Of a stretch of 64,000 nt of DNA, positions 23,511 to 35,848 are shown one piece after another. The DNA lies in the NCBI GenBank assembly GCA_965644265.1, contig OZ286476.1, positions 7,688,001-7,752,000 of the forward strand, in the 5' to 3' direction. Made by a program: the position numbers and the translations under genes. Under the pieces are notes generated by a model, which saw only the letters and a program-made list of their open reading frames with translations, was not told the origin of the DNA and did not search any database. Each line of letters starts with the position of its first letter. The first letter of the stretch is position 1. Source of the stretch: Glycera tridactyla (Eukaryota).

Positions 23511-25637
23511 TTAGCAAATCTCACCAGAGCATGCGATATCCTTCAAGCAAGTCTTGCCCGATGTCTCTGACAGAAGTACGCTTCGTGGGTCAGCTGCATA
23601 CGTGCTTGGGGTTAACACTATTCTGGCAGAATATCTGCCATGCGCACACATACTTCGTGCAATCATGGCTTGATGGTATGTGATAGCTGTCCTGCTTGGC
23701 AACTCAAATTTCTGGACCTTCCCATCAAGACCCAGTACAGCATTCCCCCATTCAATGAACAGATCATATGCTGGCCAATTCCAGCTCACTGCTATTTTTA
23801 TCCGATCTGGATCATATTTCACCGCCACCCTGTATAAAGCCACTGGTATTTTCATCACTTTTGCAATCAGATATTTTTCCTGGGACACTAGTTCCAGTTT
23901 TACCCAGGTCCTCGGGCCACTATTTGGGAAATAAGCCATGCGTTGGACTGTCATTTTGCAGATGATCCAATGTTTCAGCGATTTCAGTCGTGTCTGATTT
24001 GGGCAATGTACTCAGTTGTTCTAACAGACCCTCCTCATCTATATTGGGTATCAGATGCATCATAATTGCCACATTGTACGTCCCATCAAGGGTGATGTTA
24101 CTTGATGTTTTTGTCTCCTGACAATTTGTCATAGATGACGGTAGGATGTTATCAACTATTCTCAGCTCACAACCACAGTCTGCTTCTACCAAGCAGAGGT
24201 TACAAGCACTCACCTCTGCGGTTACTTTAGCACATTCATGGATCCAGGGCTCAACTGTTTGACCTACCCCTACTGACATTACCAGATACCTACTGCCATC
24301 CACATGCACCACCTCTGTGTCAGAATACTGATCTAGATATACTTTGTATTCACATCTCTCTCTAATCTTTGCTAGATCATGAGTCAAACATGTCTGTGAC
24401 CTAATTGTTCTTTCAGGAAACATCTTTGGGCATATCCACAGATTATCATCACTCTCACAGCTACCAAGATCTGCATGTGAAATAGCTACATAATCTGTAT
24501 GTTGCTCATTGATAGCCATGTAAGATGGTGAATCCTCTATCCTAGTCACATCTTTTGATCGTGGTGCCACTGGCATCCGAATTCCTTCCACTCGATACAA
24601 ACGGTGTAACCCACCCTCACTAGTCAGTGGAATACTAAGGTGTATGTACATGTCACCTCCCATGGATTCTACCTGCACTAACCTTGGCCGATAGTAATAA
24701 GAATAATTGTCATACTCTGGCTTCAGGTGTGGCCATCTTCTCTTGACATTTTGGGTGACTTGATCTAACACCTCCTCCAAATCAGCTGCTGGAATCAATT
24801 CCATGGGAAGGTAACCCTTCAGGGCTGTCTGCAACCCACTCTGGTATCTATTTATCAGCAATCGATATATCTGAATATGAAATGCATAATGGGATACTAA
24901 ATTCCAATGAATCTTTGTGTACATAGCTAAAGCACTCACCCTCCTAGTCATATTCCCTACTACTGTCTATCCTAATGGTCTCATTTTCCAGTTGGTCTGA
25001 AATGCCAGCTTGTCTGGTTATTTCAAATGTCAGTCTTCGCAGTTCTATTCTTGTCTCATGGATATTAACAGTCACTAGGCTGGCTAGCTGGTTGTGGGCC
25101 CTGCTCAAGTTTTCCATATTGCCCTCCAACTGTCTCAAATTCCTGTTCATGCCTTGTCGACGGAACATGTAAACTATTCCGAAGCCAATTGTCGAAATTG
25201 TCCCAATAGCAGCCAGTCCTTTTGTCTTTTGAGGGTACCAGCAGGTGCCATGATCTCTTGAATTTTACTCGCTCATCATTTAATTCCCTGTATCTCTTTC
25301 TTAGGTCAACTGTCGTCTCATCTAGCCGTCGACAAAAGAATACCCAGTCTACATTCACTCTGTCACTGTATGGGTAAATCGATTGTCTGCAATTTTGCAA
25401 ATGATTTGGGAATACCGGCCCAGTCAATGTGGCCATTCTGAATGTATGCACAGCATGGCCCCTACAAAATGTAATCCCCCCTATACGATGAAATATAACC
25501 CCATATTCCAATTGTGTCTCAACTCCAGTGTGGCTGTCCCGATCGAATTTTTCATCATTTCACATCTGCATATCCAAACAAAATACACATCCCAATGCAT
25601 ATCCCGGCAGGAACTTATTTCACCAGATACCTGCCAT
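23511..25637 (-). pseudogene. env: env-like fusion glycoprotein (baculovirus F/errantivirus env-like), frameshifted
   Basis: Broken signal-like N-terminus; QLEYGVIFHRIG; near 25201-25231 a furin-like R-Q-K-(R) followed in the shifted frame by GLAAIGTISTIGFGIV (fusion-peptide-like); heptad region NLRQLEGNMENL; LKGYLPMELIP..L..VL, YYY, YIHLSIPL, LYRV, Cys-rich F1 region; separate C-terminal domain 23511-23954; no clear TM anchor remains. Confidence 0.8.
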
Positions 25638-26174
25638 GGTTACTGTTTGAGTATGAATGTTAAAGTCCCTCTTATTTCCCCTTGTTATGTAGTCTTAGTA
25701 ATGGGAACTTAAGTGCATATCCCTAATGACCTTGTCTATAACCGGGCATTATCATGTACAGATCATGCACCACATGCACTCAAATACATCCCCCATGCTT
25801 TATATTCTTGGATGAGTTCCAGTTGGATAATAAAATCCAGTCTTAAATGTTTTCTATGCATGCTTATGAATTGTGTTATGTAAAAGAAAACAATTATTTC
25901 TTATACATGCATAGGAATTATTTCATGCAAGGACAAATTTAATGTCCCCCCAGTGTTCCACTCTTCCCATGTCCGCTGTAATGATGTGCCCTTACCTTAT
26001 CAGATTTTTCCCCCGATGGAGCACGAGGCTCTAATGTAGTCGGGTCCATCACCTCAATAGGGCCCATCTTTTCAAGTGCCTCCATCACCTTGCCGTGATA
26101 ATACTCCATGGCAATATTGTAATTGCCAAACCCTCGAGTGATACTCGGGTGTTTCCCATCATCTGACCAGGATC

Positions 26175-26643
26175 TCAGGGTTTTTCAATCTCTATCAGTT
26201 CCGAGTCTGTGGTGATTAATTTTTCCAATGGTTCAAACCGCAGGCCTTGATCGCCCGTGGTACTTAACCTTTTCCATAATTCTTCATTGAATGCAAGGGC
26301 ATTTTTCCAGAAGATGACTGGGTTCATAACTCGGCCGATACGCATAGGGCGTTGGCCTACCACAGTCACATTATTTGCTATTTGCATCCCTATTAGTTCT
26401 TCAGCGAATGCACACAGATGTGCAGGCATTTTCTTCATTCTGGCTGGATCCACACTCAGGCACATATGGATGTTGCGTCTGCCAACATCCAGCCACACAT
26501 GGTCCAAAACCACTACATCAATTCCTCTCATTTCTTTCAACTTTGGGATTGATGACCTAAGTACCATAATAGAGAATGCCTCTTCTTGTATGGTACTAAT
26601 CTACACGTACCTAGGTTTAGTCAAGCCCATCATGATGCTGTCC
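26175..26643 (-). pseudogene. Accessory ORF-A, 3' part (interrupted by the LINE at 26644)
   Basis: DSIMMGLTKPRYV..FSIMVLRSSIPKLKEM..HMCLSVDPARMKKMPAHLCAFAEEL aligns with 46172-46708. Confidence 0.75.
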
Positions 26644-26755
26644 TAAAAAAGGACAAAAACGAGAAGTCTCACTATCGCCCAATGATTCAGCACAGACCGA
26701 CAAATCCATCAGCAGACGAAAAAAGAAACAAAGACAAAAAAGCTCCAGCAATGAT

Positions 26756-28378
26756 ATGAAAGAGAACCCCAACGGCAGTGTTACTGGGAGCGAATTCGAT
26801 TCCGAAGAAGAGGCCATGGAAGAAGAACTAGCAAAGGAAAACGACACTGAGGTAAATCTTACCAGTAAACCCTTGACAGATATTGGCTTACCATTCTACA
26901 GGCTACTCAATGGTTCCCCTGATGTCATAACAGCGAGCCAAAGCGTCCAACAGCCATCACCGGAAACACTGGGAAGACTGAAGACAGAAATAGTCTTAGA
27001 ATTACGACCCATAATCGAACGAGAATTGAGGTCAAAAATAGAAGCTGACCTATCAGAAGGAATACGGAAGAAAATCATGAAGGATATCAGCAATGAATTC
27101 CTCCAATTAATCAACCAGGTGAGGAAACTCAATCAAGAAGTGAACGAAAATTCGAGGACTATTGTGATGCTAAAGAGCAACCTGGAACGACTCTCAGCTG
27201 GAACAGCAATGAGCAGTACCGAATTGACACACGAAGACCCAAAATCAAACACCAGCATAGTGAACCGAGTTGAAAATCTCGAACTATCCGACCGACTAAC
27301 ATCAATCATCATCGAGGGACTAAACATCAACCATAACTTCTCCTTGGTAGACAATGTCGGCCATGAGCTCCAAGAAGCACTGGACCTCAATTTGTCGCCA
27401 TCGGACTTTGTGAAATGCAGTCTGATTGGCAAACCAGACGTCAAGGGAAGGCGCTCCGTGCTAACTAAATTGAGAGACGCAGACCTAAAGAGACACTTAC
27501 TTAAATGTAAAGGTCAGCTACGTGGAACCGACATCTACATAAAAGAGTTCCTGACTACAAAAAACAATAAAGTGTATTATGAAGCACGCCAGGCAAGGAA
27601 ACATCATCTCCTTGATCGAGTCTGGACACATGATGGGCTAGTATGGGCCCAAGAAACACCAGACTCCAAACCGGGAGTACTAACAGACTTCAACATACTA
27701 AAGACCATCAATGAAGAACTAGGAAGGGGCGATGAACCAGTGCCCAGCGTATTCGATCGTCAACGAATGAGAAAAGACAGTAGACCGCCGGTAACCAATG
27801 GCAGAGATGACACGGACGATCGAGCAAGACAAACTGAGTACCTCCAGCAAAATATGCAAAATGCACATGACGACCGCCGAGAGGACCACCAGGGACACCA
27901 AGGTAGACCCCCCCAAATGAAAAAAAGGGAAAGCAGTGACAGATGGAGAAATGACAGACGCAGCGATAGCCGGGATAGCTATAGTCGTGATCACAGCCGC
28001 GAATACCAATCAGACGACCAATCAAACAATCACCTGAAACCAAGAAGAGAACGCTCGGCATCCCCCCGGAGGGACAACAATCAGTCTGGACAAGAAGCCA
28101 ATCGGAACAGAGACACTAGGTACAATCAGCGTAAAGACCAAAACCGGTACTCTTCAGACCGACAGGCCTATAAGAGCAATCAGACGCGCTACCAAGCAGG
28201 GACTGCAGCGCCGGGGCAGTACTCGTCAAGAAACCAACAACGCGACCAGAGAATAGCAGAGCAGTCTCCTCGCCAGCAGCGCAGCACCAACGGCTGGATA
28301 AACGACGGACCGAGAGACGGCTGGCGCAAAAAAGCCCACAACAGGGATTGGCCTGACTTACCTGGCAGGTACAACTAG
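26756..28378 (+). CDS. LINE ORF1p (coiled coil, L1-like RRM/CTD, Arg/Asp/Ser/Gln-rich tail)
   Basis: Coiled coil LINQVRKLNQEV..LKSNLERL; RLTSIIIEGL; LRGTDIYIKEFLT; ARQARK; VWTHDGLVW. Confidence 0.85.
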   Translation: MKENPNGSVTGSEFDSEEEAMEEELAKENDTEVNLTSKPLTDIGLPFYRLLNGSPDVITASQSVQQPSPETLGRLKTEIVLELRPIIERELRSKIEADLSEGIRKKIMKDISNEFLQLINQVRKLNQEVNENSRTIVMLKSNLERLSAGTAMSSTELTHEDPKSNTSIVNRVENLELSDRLTSIIIEGLNINHNFSLVDNVGHELQEALDLNLSPSDFVKCSLIGKPDVKGRRSVLTKLRDADLKRHLLKCKGQLRGTDIYIKEFLTTKNNKVYYEARQARKHHLLDRVWTHDGLVWAQETPDSKPGVLTDFNILKTINEELGRGDEPVPSVFDRQRMRKDSRPPVTNGRDDTDDRARQTEYLQQNMQNAHDDRREDHQGHQGRPPQMKKRESSDRWRNDRRSDSRDSYSRDHSREYQSDDQSNNHLKPRRERSASPRRDNNQSGQEANRNRDTRYNQRKDQNRYSSDRQAYKSNQTRYQAGTAAPGQYSSRNQQRDQRIAEQSPRQQRSTNGWINDGPRDGWRKKAHNRDWPDLPGRYN

Positions 28379-28387
28379 TGCACCACG

Positions 28388-29401
28388 ATGAGTCTCTTAC
28401 CAATATATAAGAGGAAGGTGAACAGAATCTACCCACCGAAACGGCATATAACGCAACAGGACAGAGCTATACTTACAGAAAGGATAAACGGAATTGATAA
28501 GCGACGTCTCAACGCGGCCTGCGCGACTGTAAGTAGCCTGGGAGCCCCTAATATTCTGCTAGTTGGTGCATCTCATGCGACACGGCTAATGAAATATGTC
28601 AATGAGATGGACGATGAAAGCATACTTGCCAAGCTCATGAAAAAAGAGTCAGTGAAGTCACTTTCTGTTGGGGGAACGAAATTTTGGACTTTCATCGACA
28701 ATATACAGGGAAGAGCGATGTCTGTGGAGAAAATCATCAAATTAGGGAACCAGTGAGAATGTGCCGCAATCAAAACATTTAAACCAGACATAATCATCCT
28801 GATGCTGGGCTCCAATGACGCCGACGATGCAAACTCTCACTTAGACCAAATAAAAAAGAACAACACAAAGTACAGCTATGCATGGAAAGGCCCGATCGAG
28901 GCTGGGATATGGCGCGACCAACTATATCACGAGGTAGAAGAAGTGATGTCACTAATCAGAGGGCGATACCCGGCAGCACCATGTGGGATCATCCCCATAT
29001 TTCCCAGGAAATGGTGGCTCAGTGAAGCCAGAAAGCTAGCGTGGTCGTTGAACAAGCATTTGTATAATGATCTTCGTAAGTCCCACCATACCCGCCTACT
29101 CCTAACAAGATCCATCTACTACGAAGCGACTGCTCCACCGGCGGACTCAAAACTTCCAGATAACATCGTTAGTAGTCTACTCAACATCGACAATGTCCAC
29201 CTGAACAACGATGGTCACCAACTACTCCTGTTTGACATCATTCCAGTCATCATGGATTGGTGGAAGTGCAACCAACTACCATCTCATCCAGAAATCCACG
29301 TTGCAAGCCGCAAACGAAAGAACAGTCATCGATATGAGAGACGACTAAAACAACGCTGCCTGGCCACCATGACGAATGTTCAAACACACCACGATGCATG
29401 A
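28388..29401 (+). pseudogene. Stand-alone SGNH/GDSL hydrolase ORF with one in-frame TGA (28754-28756)
   Basis: Block I LLVGASH, block II VGG, block III MLGSND, block V DNVHLN; the two listed ORFs share a frame; basic C-terminal tail RKRK. Confidence 0.85.
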
Positions 29402-29617
29402 ACACATCAAGGTATGATCAACATGGTCTCCGGCTCCTACCGCCCCAGCTCCAACTACTGGCCTACCATAGATTAAACTCACCAACCGGCCACCTCGTAC
29501 GATCGCACATTCAGTTAGCTACCCGGAGTCAGGAGTATCCCCCCAATTGGGCACCAATGAAGGCCATAAATGAGAAACTAGTATGTAACAACCTGGTCAC
29601 AGAGACAGAGGACTGCG

Positions 29618-31150
29618 GGCTGCCACAGGTGAAACTTTTATAACACCTGGCGGCGCCCAACAAGCCACCTAGAAAGGCACATCGAGGCAACGTTGCAGGA
29701 TTAGCGTAAACAGCTGCAACTTCGGCAACCGTGAACAATCAGACGCTACTGACAGGGTTCCACAGGCATATTCGGCTGTGGTCCGCCACAGGTGAAACCT
29801 TATGGGCAACACCTGGCGCGACCTAGAACCGTTCGCTTACTGTTAACCATCAGTCAGTCGATTGAGCACAACGACCACTGGTGCATCGGACAGATGCAGT
29901 CATCCATGCATGTACAGTCAGACGTGTGGCCTGCCACAGGTGGAACCTTATGGGCAACACCTGGTGGCGACCACCATCTGCCCCTACCTTCAGCCACCTC
30001 CATCAGCCATCTGCCATATGCTAACATCAACGGCGATTCTCTAGATGTCATGTCCCGCATACTCGGCTAAGGTCTGCCACAGGTGAAACCCCATAGGCGA
30101 CACCTGGTGGCGACCTAATGCCGGTCGCTTACTGTCGACCGTCAGTCAGTCAACTGGACACAATGACCACTGGTGCATCGGACGGAAGTAGTGCGACAAG
30201 CACGTGCAGCCAGGAGAGTGGCCTGCCACAGGTGGAACCCTAAGGGCGACACCTGGTGGCGACCTCAATCATCCACCTAAATCATCCACCACTACTACCG
30301 TCCAACTGGTCAACCTCAAACGCGATATTAGAGACAATAATACGTCAGCTCGGCTGAGGTCAGCCACAGGTGAAACCCTATGGGCAACACCTGGCGGCAA
30401 CCAACCGCCGGTTATTAATCAAATGTCGACTGTCTGTCTATCATCAACAGGGAACGACTTAACTGATGCATCGAACGGGAGCGGACAACCAAACGCGGGT
30501 AGACGCAAATGTGAGTGTGGTCTGCCACAGGTGGAACCTCATAGGCAACAGCTGGTGGCGTCCACTACCACCACCACCACCACCACCATCACGACCACCT
30601 GCAAGGTCGAGACAGTGCTAAATATGATCAGTGCACACCCGATAGCATCCACATACAGAAGCACCCACACGTGTACAATCTCATACATAACTAGCGGACA
30701 AACACACATACACACACACACATTCACACACACACACACACATCTACATACACCTGCACACACACACACACACAATGAACAAATCACAATGCACTCTGAC
30801 ACATGATGCTGCCCCAAGACTACGAGTACGGATTGTCTGTGCTTGACTGAACATGTTATACCGGTCAACTTCGCCGCAAGATTAGGGACAACAACTGCAA
30901 CAGCGAGAACATGGCCCGTCGAACTCACTTCATTTCATTTCCGTTGACTCGGCCGAGGTCAGCCACAGGTGAAACCTTATGGGCGACACCTGGCGGCAGC
31001 CAACCCCCGGTTACTTATTGCCGACCGTCGGTCACCCACAGGGAACAATACAATTGATGCATCAACCGGGAGCGGTCAACCAAAAACGGGTGGACATGAA
31101 CGTGGTCTGCCACAGGTGGAACCTCATGGGCAACACCTGGTGGCGACCAC
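29618..31150 (+). repeat. Array of nine conserved hairpin motifs GCCACAGGTG(A/G)AACC..GG(C)(A/G)ACACCTGG(T/C)GGC
   Basis: Copies at ~29622, 29785, 29933, 30076, 30225, 30363, 30524, 30962 and 31109; copies 2-9 form A/B pairs with a ~290-bp period; 30360-30810 is duplicated at 30960-31350. Confidence 0.92.
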
Positions 31151-32010
31151 CACCATGACCATCTGCAAAGGTTGAGACAGTGCTAAAAATGATTAGTGCA
31201 CATCCAATAGCATCCACACGCACACACCCGCAAGCACACGTGCACAATCACATACACAACTATCACACAATCGCACATACACACACATACACACACACAC
31301 ACACCTACACACACTCACTCAATGAAAAAGCTTGAAATGCACTCTGACACATCTTGATACTGTTCTCAAGTCCATGAGTATAGAACTGCCTGTGTTTGTG
31401 AGGACAATTTATACTAGTGCTCTGCACCCAATACCTTCAGTTGTCAGTACCCGTTGTCGCCTTATATACCTTATATCTTGTGCTCACCTGCATGCATGCA
31501 CACGCACTTCGCACATATGCTCATACGCACTGTTCTAGTATACACACAGCCACATTAGTGTAATATACGTTTATATGTGTTAAGTCATATCGGTGTACTA
31601 CACGTTTATATGTTGTTAAAACCCTCTATATATATTGGATGTTGGGACCATCATACTGTACATAGCCTGAACCTCATAGTCGGAACCTCCTCCGCAAAGG
31701 GACACAGACGTACATCTGCACTTTTCCTGCACTTTTAGCAATTTACTAACTTATGTATGCGAAATGCCCATGTGACCTCACGAGTCACATACTTGTTTCC
31801 TCATTCACTCCTGACTCAACCACAAATGTCTTGTGCCACACTAGTCTCTCACACGCATCTCTTACCTTCAACACCTCATAAATAATACTGCCTGAGGATC
31901 ACCCCAATACGCACTGGCCACCACAAGAACAACCTCGTCTCCAAGGCTAATGTGACATATGACTATACATACGCACTCTCATATTTGGCCCAATTTGAGT
32001 TATCCACACA

Positions 32011-32106
32011 CTCACAATCACACTCACAATCAACTCACAATCGAATCAACTCACAATCAACTCACAATCAACTCACAATCGAATCACAACCAACCCACAA
32101 TCAACC
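32011..32106 (+). repeat. 11-bp minisatellite (TCACAATCAAC)n just upstream of ORF2
   Basis: About 8 degenerate copies visible. Confidence 0.85.
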
Positions 32107-32167
32107 GAAATCACCAACACCAAGACTCAGGACTCCTACTAGAACAGCCCTGACATTGAATCTCGTA

Positions 32168-35092
32168 ATGCACACAAACCGTCGCCGCGACACATATATT
32201 TTCCCGTCCGAGCAAGAGCTTTCAAATATCGATTATAGCATTGCGTCACTTTCCAACTTACCCGGTATAAGTTTTGCCGGGCTGAATATACAAAGTGTCA
32301 CAAGAAAAGTGGATGACATCCGCCTGCTTCTTGGAAAAAGCGGACTCGATTTCTTAGCTCTGAATGAAACTTTTCTGAATTTGAGTATCAGTGATGATGA
32401 ACTTGACATTCCTGGATATAATTTCATTAGATCAGACCGTACGATAGCTAGTGGTAAATCAAGTGGCGGTGGGTGCCTCCTTTATTTCGGTACACAATAC
32501 AACGTATCTGAACTACCGAATCTTCGTATGTGCGATCCGAATATTGAAGGTATCTGGTGTGTGCTCCATCTAAAGAATTGCAGACCCATTGTAATTGGCA
32601 CAATTTACCGCCCCCCGGATGGGAACATTGATGAGGCTATATCTTACCTTAGTTCCTGTATGAATACCCTAGACGAATCACTTCCAACTCACGACATAAT
32701 ATTTATAGGGGATTTCAACATCGACCTAGTATCCACCAATGATACTAAAACTAGAAAGTACAAATCCTTTCTCAAAGGAGCATCCCTGACCAATCTGATA
32801 AAAGCCCCAACAAGGGTGACCGCCACTTCTGCCACCATTATAGATCATGTCGTAGTCTCAAATCCAAATTATTTCAGTCGCTGCGGGGTCGTTGACCCAT
32901 CCCTGAGTGACCATGCCCTAGTGTTCGCCAGCAGGAAACGCTTAAAACTCCCAATCATCAGAGAGGAGAAAAGTTTTCGCAGCTATAGGAATTTCGATAA
33001 GAAGTTATTCAGTACTGATCTGGGCAATATTAATACAGATAGTATCATGTCTATCACGGATGTCAACCAGGCGTGTACGTTACTCGAACAGCATATCACG
33101 GCATGCATCAACAACCACGCTCCGATAAAATCGCGTAAGTTCAGGAGGGGCAACCCACCCTGGGTAGACGGCGCCTTTCTGAGCATGGTGGATCTTTGCG
33201 AGTACCGATCGAAAATTCATAACCGCCATCCTTCTGAACTGAACCTGGAGCTGAAAAAGGAGGCAATCCGACAAAAGAACAGTCTCAAACGGGAGCTGAT
33301 TCGTAACTATGTTGTAACAAATATACAGAAGCATTCAAATAACCCCAAGAAGCTATGGAAGTCACTGAAAGAAATTTGGCCCCTAAAGAAAGCTAAGAAC
33401 AAGTGTCCCATTTTGACTGCCAATAGTGATACTGAAAAAGCCAATGTTATTAACAATTATTTTAGCAGAATCGGTAAAAACCTTGCCAGCACGATCACTG
33501 AAACTGACAACCCTCAAGGCCGACCTAATTTCTTACCACCTGTTTTCGAACTCACTCGCACTAATACAACAACAGTAGCCAAAATCATCAGTAACATGAA
33601 ACACACCCAGTCATCGGGAAGAGACGGGATCACCAGTACCCTCCTAAAGCTGTTTCCTGATAATGTGACCAGGGCCATAACGCACATTTGCAATCTCTCC
33701 ATAGGATGTCAAACCTTCCCCAGCAATTGGAAAGAAAGTTCTGTTACAATAATTCATAAAGGTGGTCATGACCTTAGTCTGGGTAACTTCAGACCGATAT
33801 CCATACTCCCGGTTCTGGGCAAATTGATGGAAAAAGTCGTGCACCAACAGACCAATGACTATCTAAAGAGTCATAATATACTGTCGGATGCCCAATTCGG
33901 GTTCAGGGAGGGGAGCTCCACTGGGACGTGTCTGACAAAGTTCTTGGACAGGATATTCAGAAATTCCGATCAGGGACGTCCCACTGGGGTCCTCTTCCTG
34001 GATCTGAAAAAGGCATTCGACACCGTGGATCATGAGAGACTACTGGAGAGATTGCGCGAATTGGGTTTCAGAAACAGCTCTGTCCGTTGGTTCGAGTCGT
34101 ATCTCGAAGACCGGCAACAGTCAGTTAAGTTCAATAACGCCTGCTCAGAGAACCAGCCGGTACGCTGCGGCGTACCACAAGGTTCAATACTCGGACCCCT
34201 GCTCTTTTCACTGTACGTGAACCAATTACCGACTATACTACAACACTGTAATGCTTTCCTGTACGCAGATGACACTGCCATTTGTGCGAGTGCCGAGAAT
34301 GAAGAGTCGCTACTTGCAAAATTCCAAATTGACCTGGAGGTGATATGCAGATGGTTCAAATTTATGAAGCTATCACTGAACATTGCCAAATCATCTCTCA
34401 TGTTTTTTGGCAATCGTTATCAAACCCGAAATATCATGGCAGATTCATTATTGTTCGATGGGAAAGAAATGAAACGAGTCAAGAAGTATAAGTATCTTGG
34501 AATCACGCTGGATAGCAGCTTAACTTTTGAAGACCATGCAGACACTATCATTCGTAAGGTCAGCACTCGTGTCTCGGCTCTCTCGCACATCAGACAGTAC
34601 ATCTCCCAGAACCGCGCACTCTATATTTACCATTCACTGATTCAATCTCTCATATGTTTCAATGATCATATCTACGCCAGCATGTCTAAAAATGCCTCAT
34701 ACAAGCTCCAGATGGCACAGAACCGATGCTTACGCGTCGTGAGAAATCGTCAACCAGCCTATTCAGCAACAGAATGTCACCTTACACTAAAGGTCCCATA
34801 CCTGGAATCACTGAGAAATCGCCACTTACAGGTGGAAACATACAAGTGGGTAAATAGAATTGGAAACGACCAACTGTGGGGTTCAATAATAAGTAGAGCA
34901 TCAACCACCTCGAGAATAACACGCCAGTCAGTCAATAATGATCTGGAAATCCCGTTCTGCCGCACCACTTTCGCACAGGGCAATCCAATCACCAGAGGAT
35001 GTATTCTCTGGAATTCTACTGACCCACAGACTCGGGGGGCAGCCTCCCTTGACGTCATGAAACGGCAGGCAAAACGCTTGTACCGCCTCTGA
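32168..35092 (+). CDS. LINE ORF2p: apurinic endonuclease plus reverse transcriptase, intact
   Basis: GLNIQS, ALNETF, GGG, IYRPPDG, GDFNID, IDHVVV, SDH; NFRPISILP, QFGFR, FLDLKKAFDTVDH, GVPQGSILGPLLF, YADDT, YKYLG; first ATG at 32168 (the frame is open from 31952). Confidence 0.95.
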   Translation: MHTNRRRDTYIFPSEQELSNIDYSIASLSNLPGISFAGLNIQSVTRKVDDIRLLLGKSGLDFLALNETFLNLSISDDELDIPGYNFIRSDRTIASGKSSGGGCLLYFGTQYNVSELPNLRMCDPNIEGIWCVLHLKNCRPIVIGTIYRPPDGNIDEAISYLSSCMNTLDESLPTHDIIFIGDFNIDLVSTNDTKTRKYKSFLKGASLTNLIKAPTRVTATSATIIDHVVVSNPNYFSRCGVVDPSLSDHALVFASRKRLKLPIIREEKSFRSYRNFDKKLFSTDLGNINTDSIMSITDVNQACTLLEQHITACINNHAPIKSRKFRRGNPPWVDGAFLSMVDLCEYRSKIHNRHPSELNLELKKEAIRQKNSLKRELIRNYVVTNIQKHSNNPKKLWKSLKEIWPLKKAKNKCPILTANSDTEKANVINNYFSRIGKNLASTITETDNPQGRPNFLPPVFELTRTNTTTVAKIISNMKHTQSSGRDGITSTLLKLFPDNVTRAITHICNLSIGCQTFPSNWKESSVTIIHKGGHDLSLGNFRPISILPVLGKLMEKVVHQQTNDYLKSHNILSDAQFGFREGSSTGTCLTKFLDRIFRNSDQGRPTGVLFLDLKKAFDTVDHERLLERLRELGFRNSSVRWFESYLEDRQQSVKFNNACSENQPVRCGVPQGSILGPLLFSLYVNQLPTILQHCNAFLYADDTAICASAENEESLLAKFQIDLEVICRWFKFMKLSLNIAKSSLMFFGNRYQTRNIMADSLLFDGKEMKRVKKYKYLGITLDSSLTFEDHADTIIRKVSTRVSALSHIRQYISQNRALYIYHSLIQSLICFNDHIYASMSKNASYKLQMAQNRCLRVVRNRQPAYSATECHLTLKVPYLESLRNRHLQVETYKWVNRIGNDQLWGSIISRASTTSRITRQSVNNDLEIPFCRTTFAQGNPITRGCILWNSTDPQTRGAASLDVMKRQAKRLYRL

Positions 35093-35690
35093 CAATATGA
35101 GCGCATTTAGACATGGTGGCCTGTGCATAGGCCCACTGATCATCTCACCAATTGATTGATCAATCACACCATCTACTGGTTACTGTGTTACTAATCACTT
35201 GTCCCGCAATCCGCCGAGACCTACACTCTGGCTGTCGGATTATCTGATTATTTGAATATCCGAGTGAGTTTCCCCGAAAAAACTTGTCGTTCAACGACCT
35301 ATCTGGTGTAATTAGGTACTTAATGCGACATTCCATTCTATGCTATATTTTTATGGAAATTTCGGATAATAGAAGTGAACCGTATAGAACAGAGCTTGGA
35401 CTGGATGTATGTATATAATTATTTGTCCTCCTGTTGCTTGTCAATTGCTATGTGTCACACCACCACCATCACCAACCAATCACCCACATATTCAATCATC
35501 GACACATCTTATCTCCCCGTCATCACCATCCTGTGCATATTCGCCAATGAACCATCCATTTCATACAACCTCAAATGTATATATGTTCTTGTAATGATCG
35601 TTGACACGTCCACCAAAGCATTTTATGTGATTATTGTTATCCATGCTTTTGTGAATAAAGTTATTTCAATTTCAATTCAATTCAAAATTC

Positions 35691-35848
35691 AAATAGATGG
35701 ATCTTTTGAAGTTTTCAATGCCCACTCAGGAGATATCTACATCTATCCTGTAGTTGCACAATGGATATGGCTCAATATAATCCCGAAAGCTCTCAATGCT
35801 GTTGTCCCCCATCAGGAGACCATACCTAAACATGGCATCCCTGTTCAT
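35691..35848 (-). pseudogene. Accessory ORF-A, 5' part
   Basis: MNRDAMFRYGLLMGDNSIESFRDYIEPYPLCNYRIDVDIS aligns with MNSDAMLQYGLVIDDSIESF..VEPYSVCTYRVDVDVS at 46708. Confidence 0.75.

Larger units (their letters stand above)
26644..35690 (+). mobile_element. CR1/L2-group non-LTR retrotransposon, three-ORF type (LINE-A), ~9.0 kb
   Basis: ORF1, SGNH ORF and APE-RT ORF2; ends in AATAAAGTTAT plus (TTCAA)n; ORF-A resumes on both sides; no clear TSD. Confidence 0.9.

Noticed and set aside
29618-31150. HDV-like ribozyme, c-di-GMP riboswitch or CRISPR reading of the hairpin array
   Set aside because: TGGGCAACA..TGGCGA echoes HDV, but no P1/P3/L3 nested pseudoknot can be built; the GEMM resemblance is only partial and the context is eukaryotic; spacers are long, homologous to one another, and no cas genes are present
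31952-32167. N-terminal extension of LINE-A ORF2 from a GTG start
   Set aside because: It runs through an 11-bp minisatellite; the ATG at 32168 is the more plausible start
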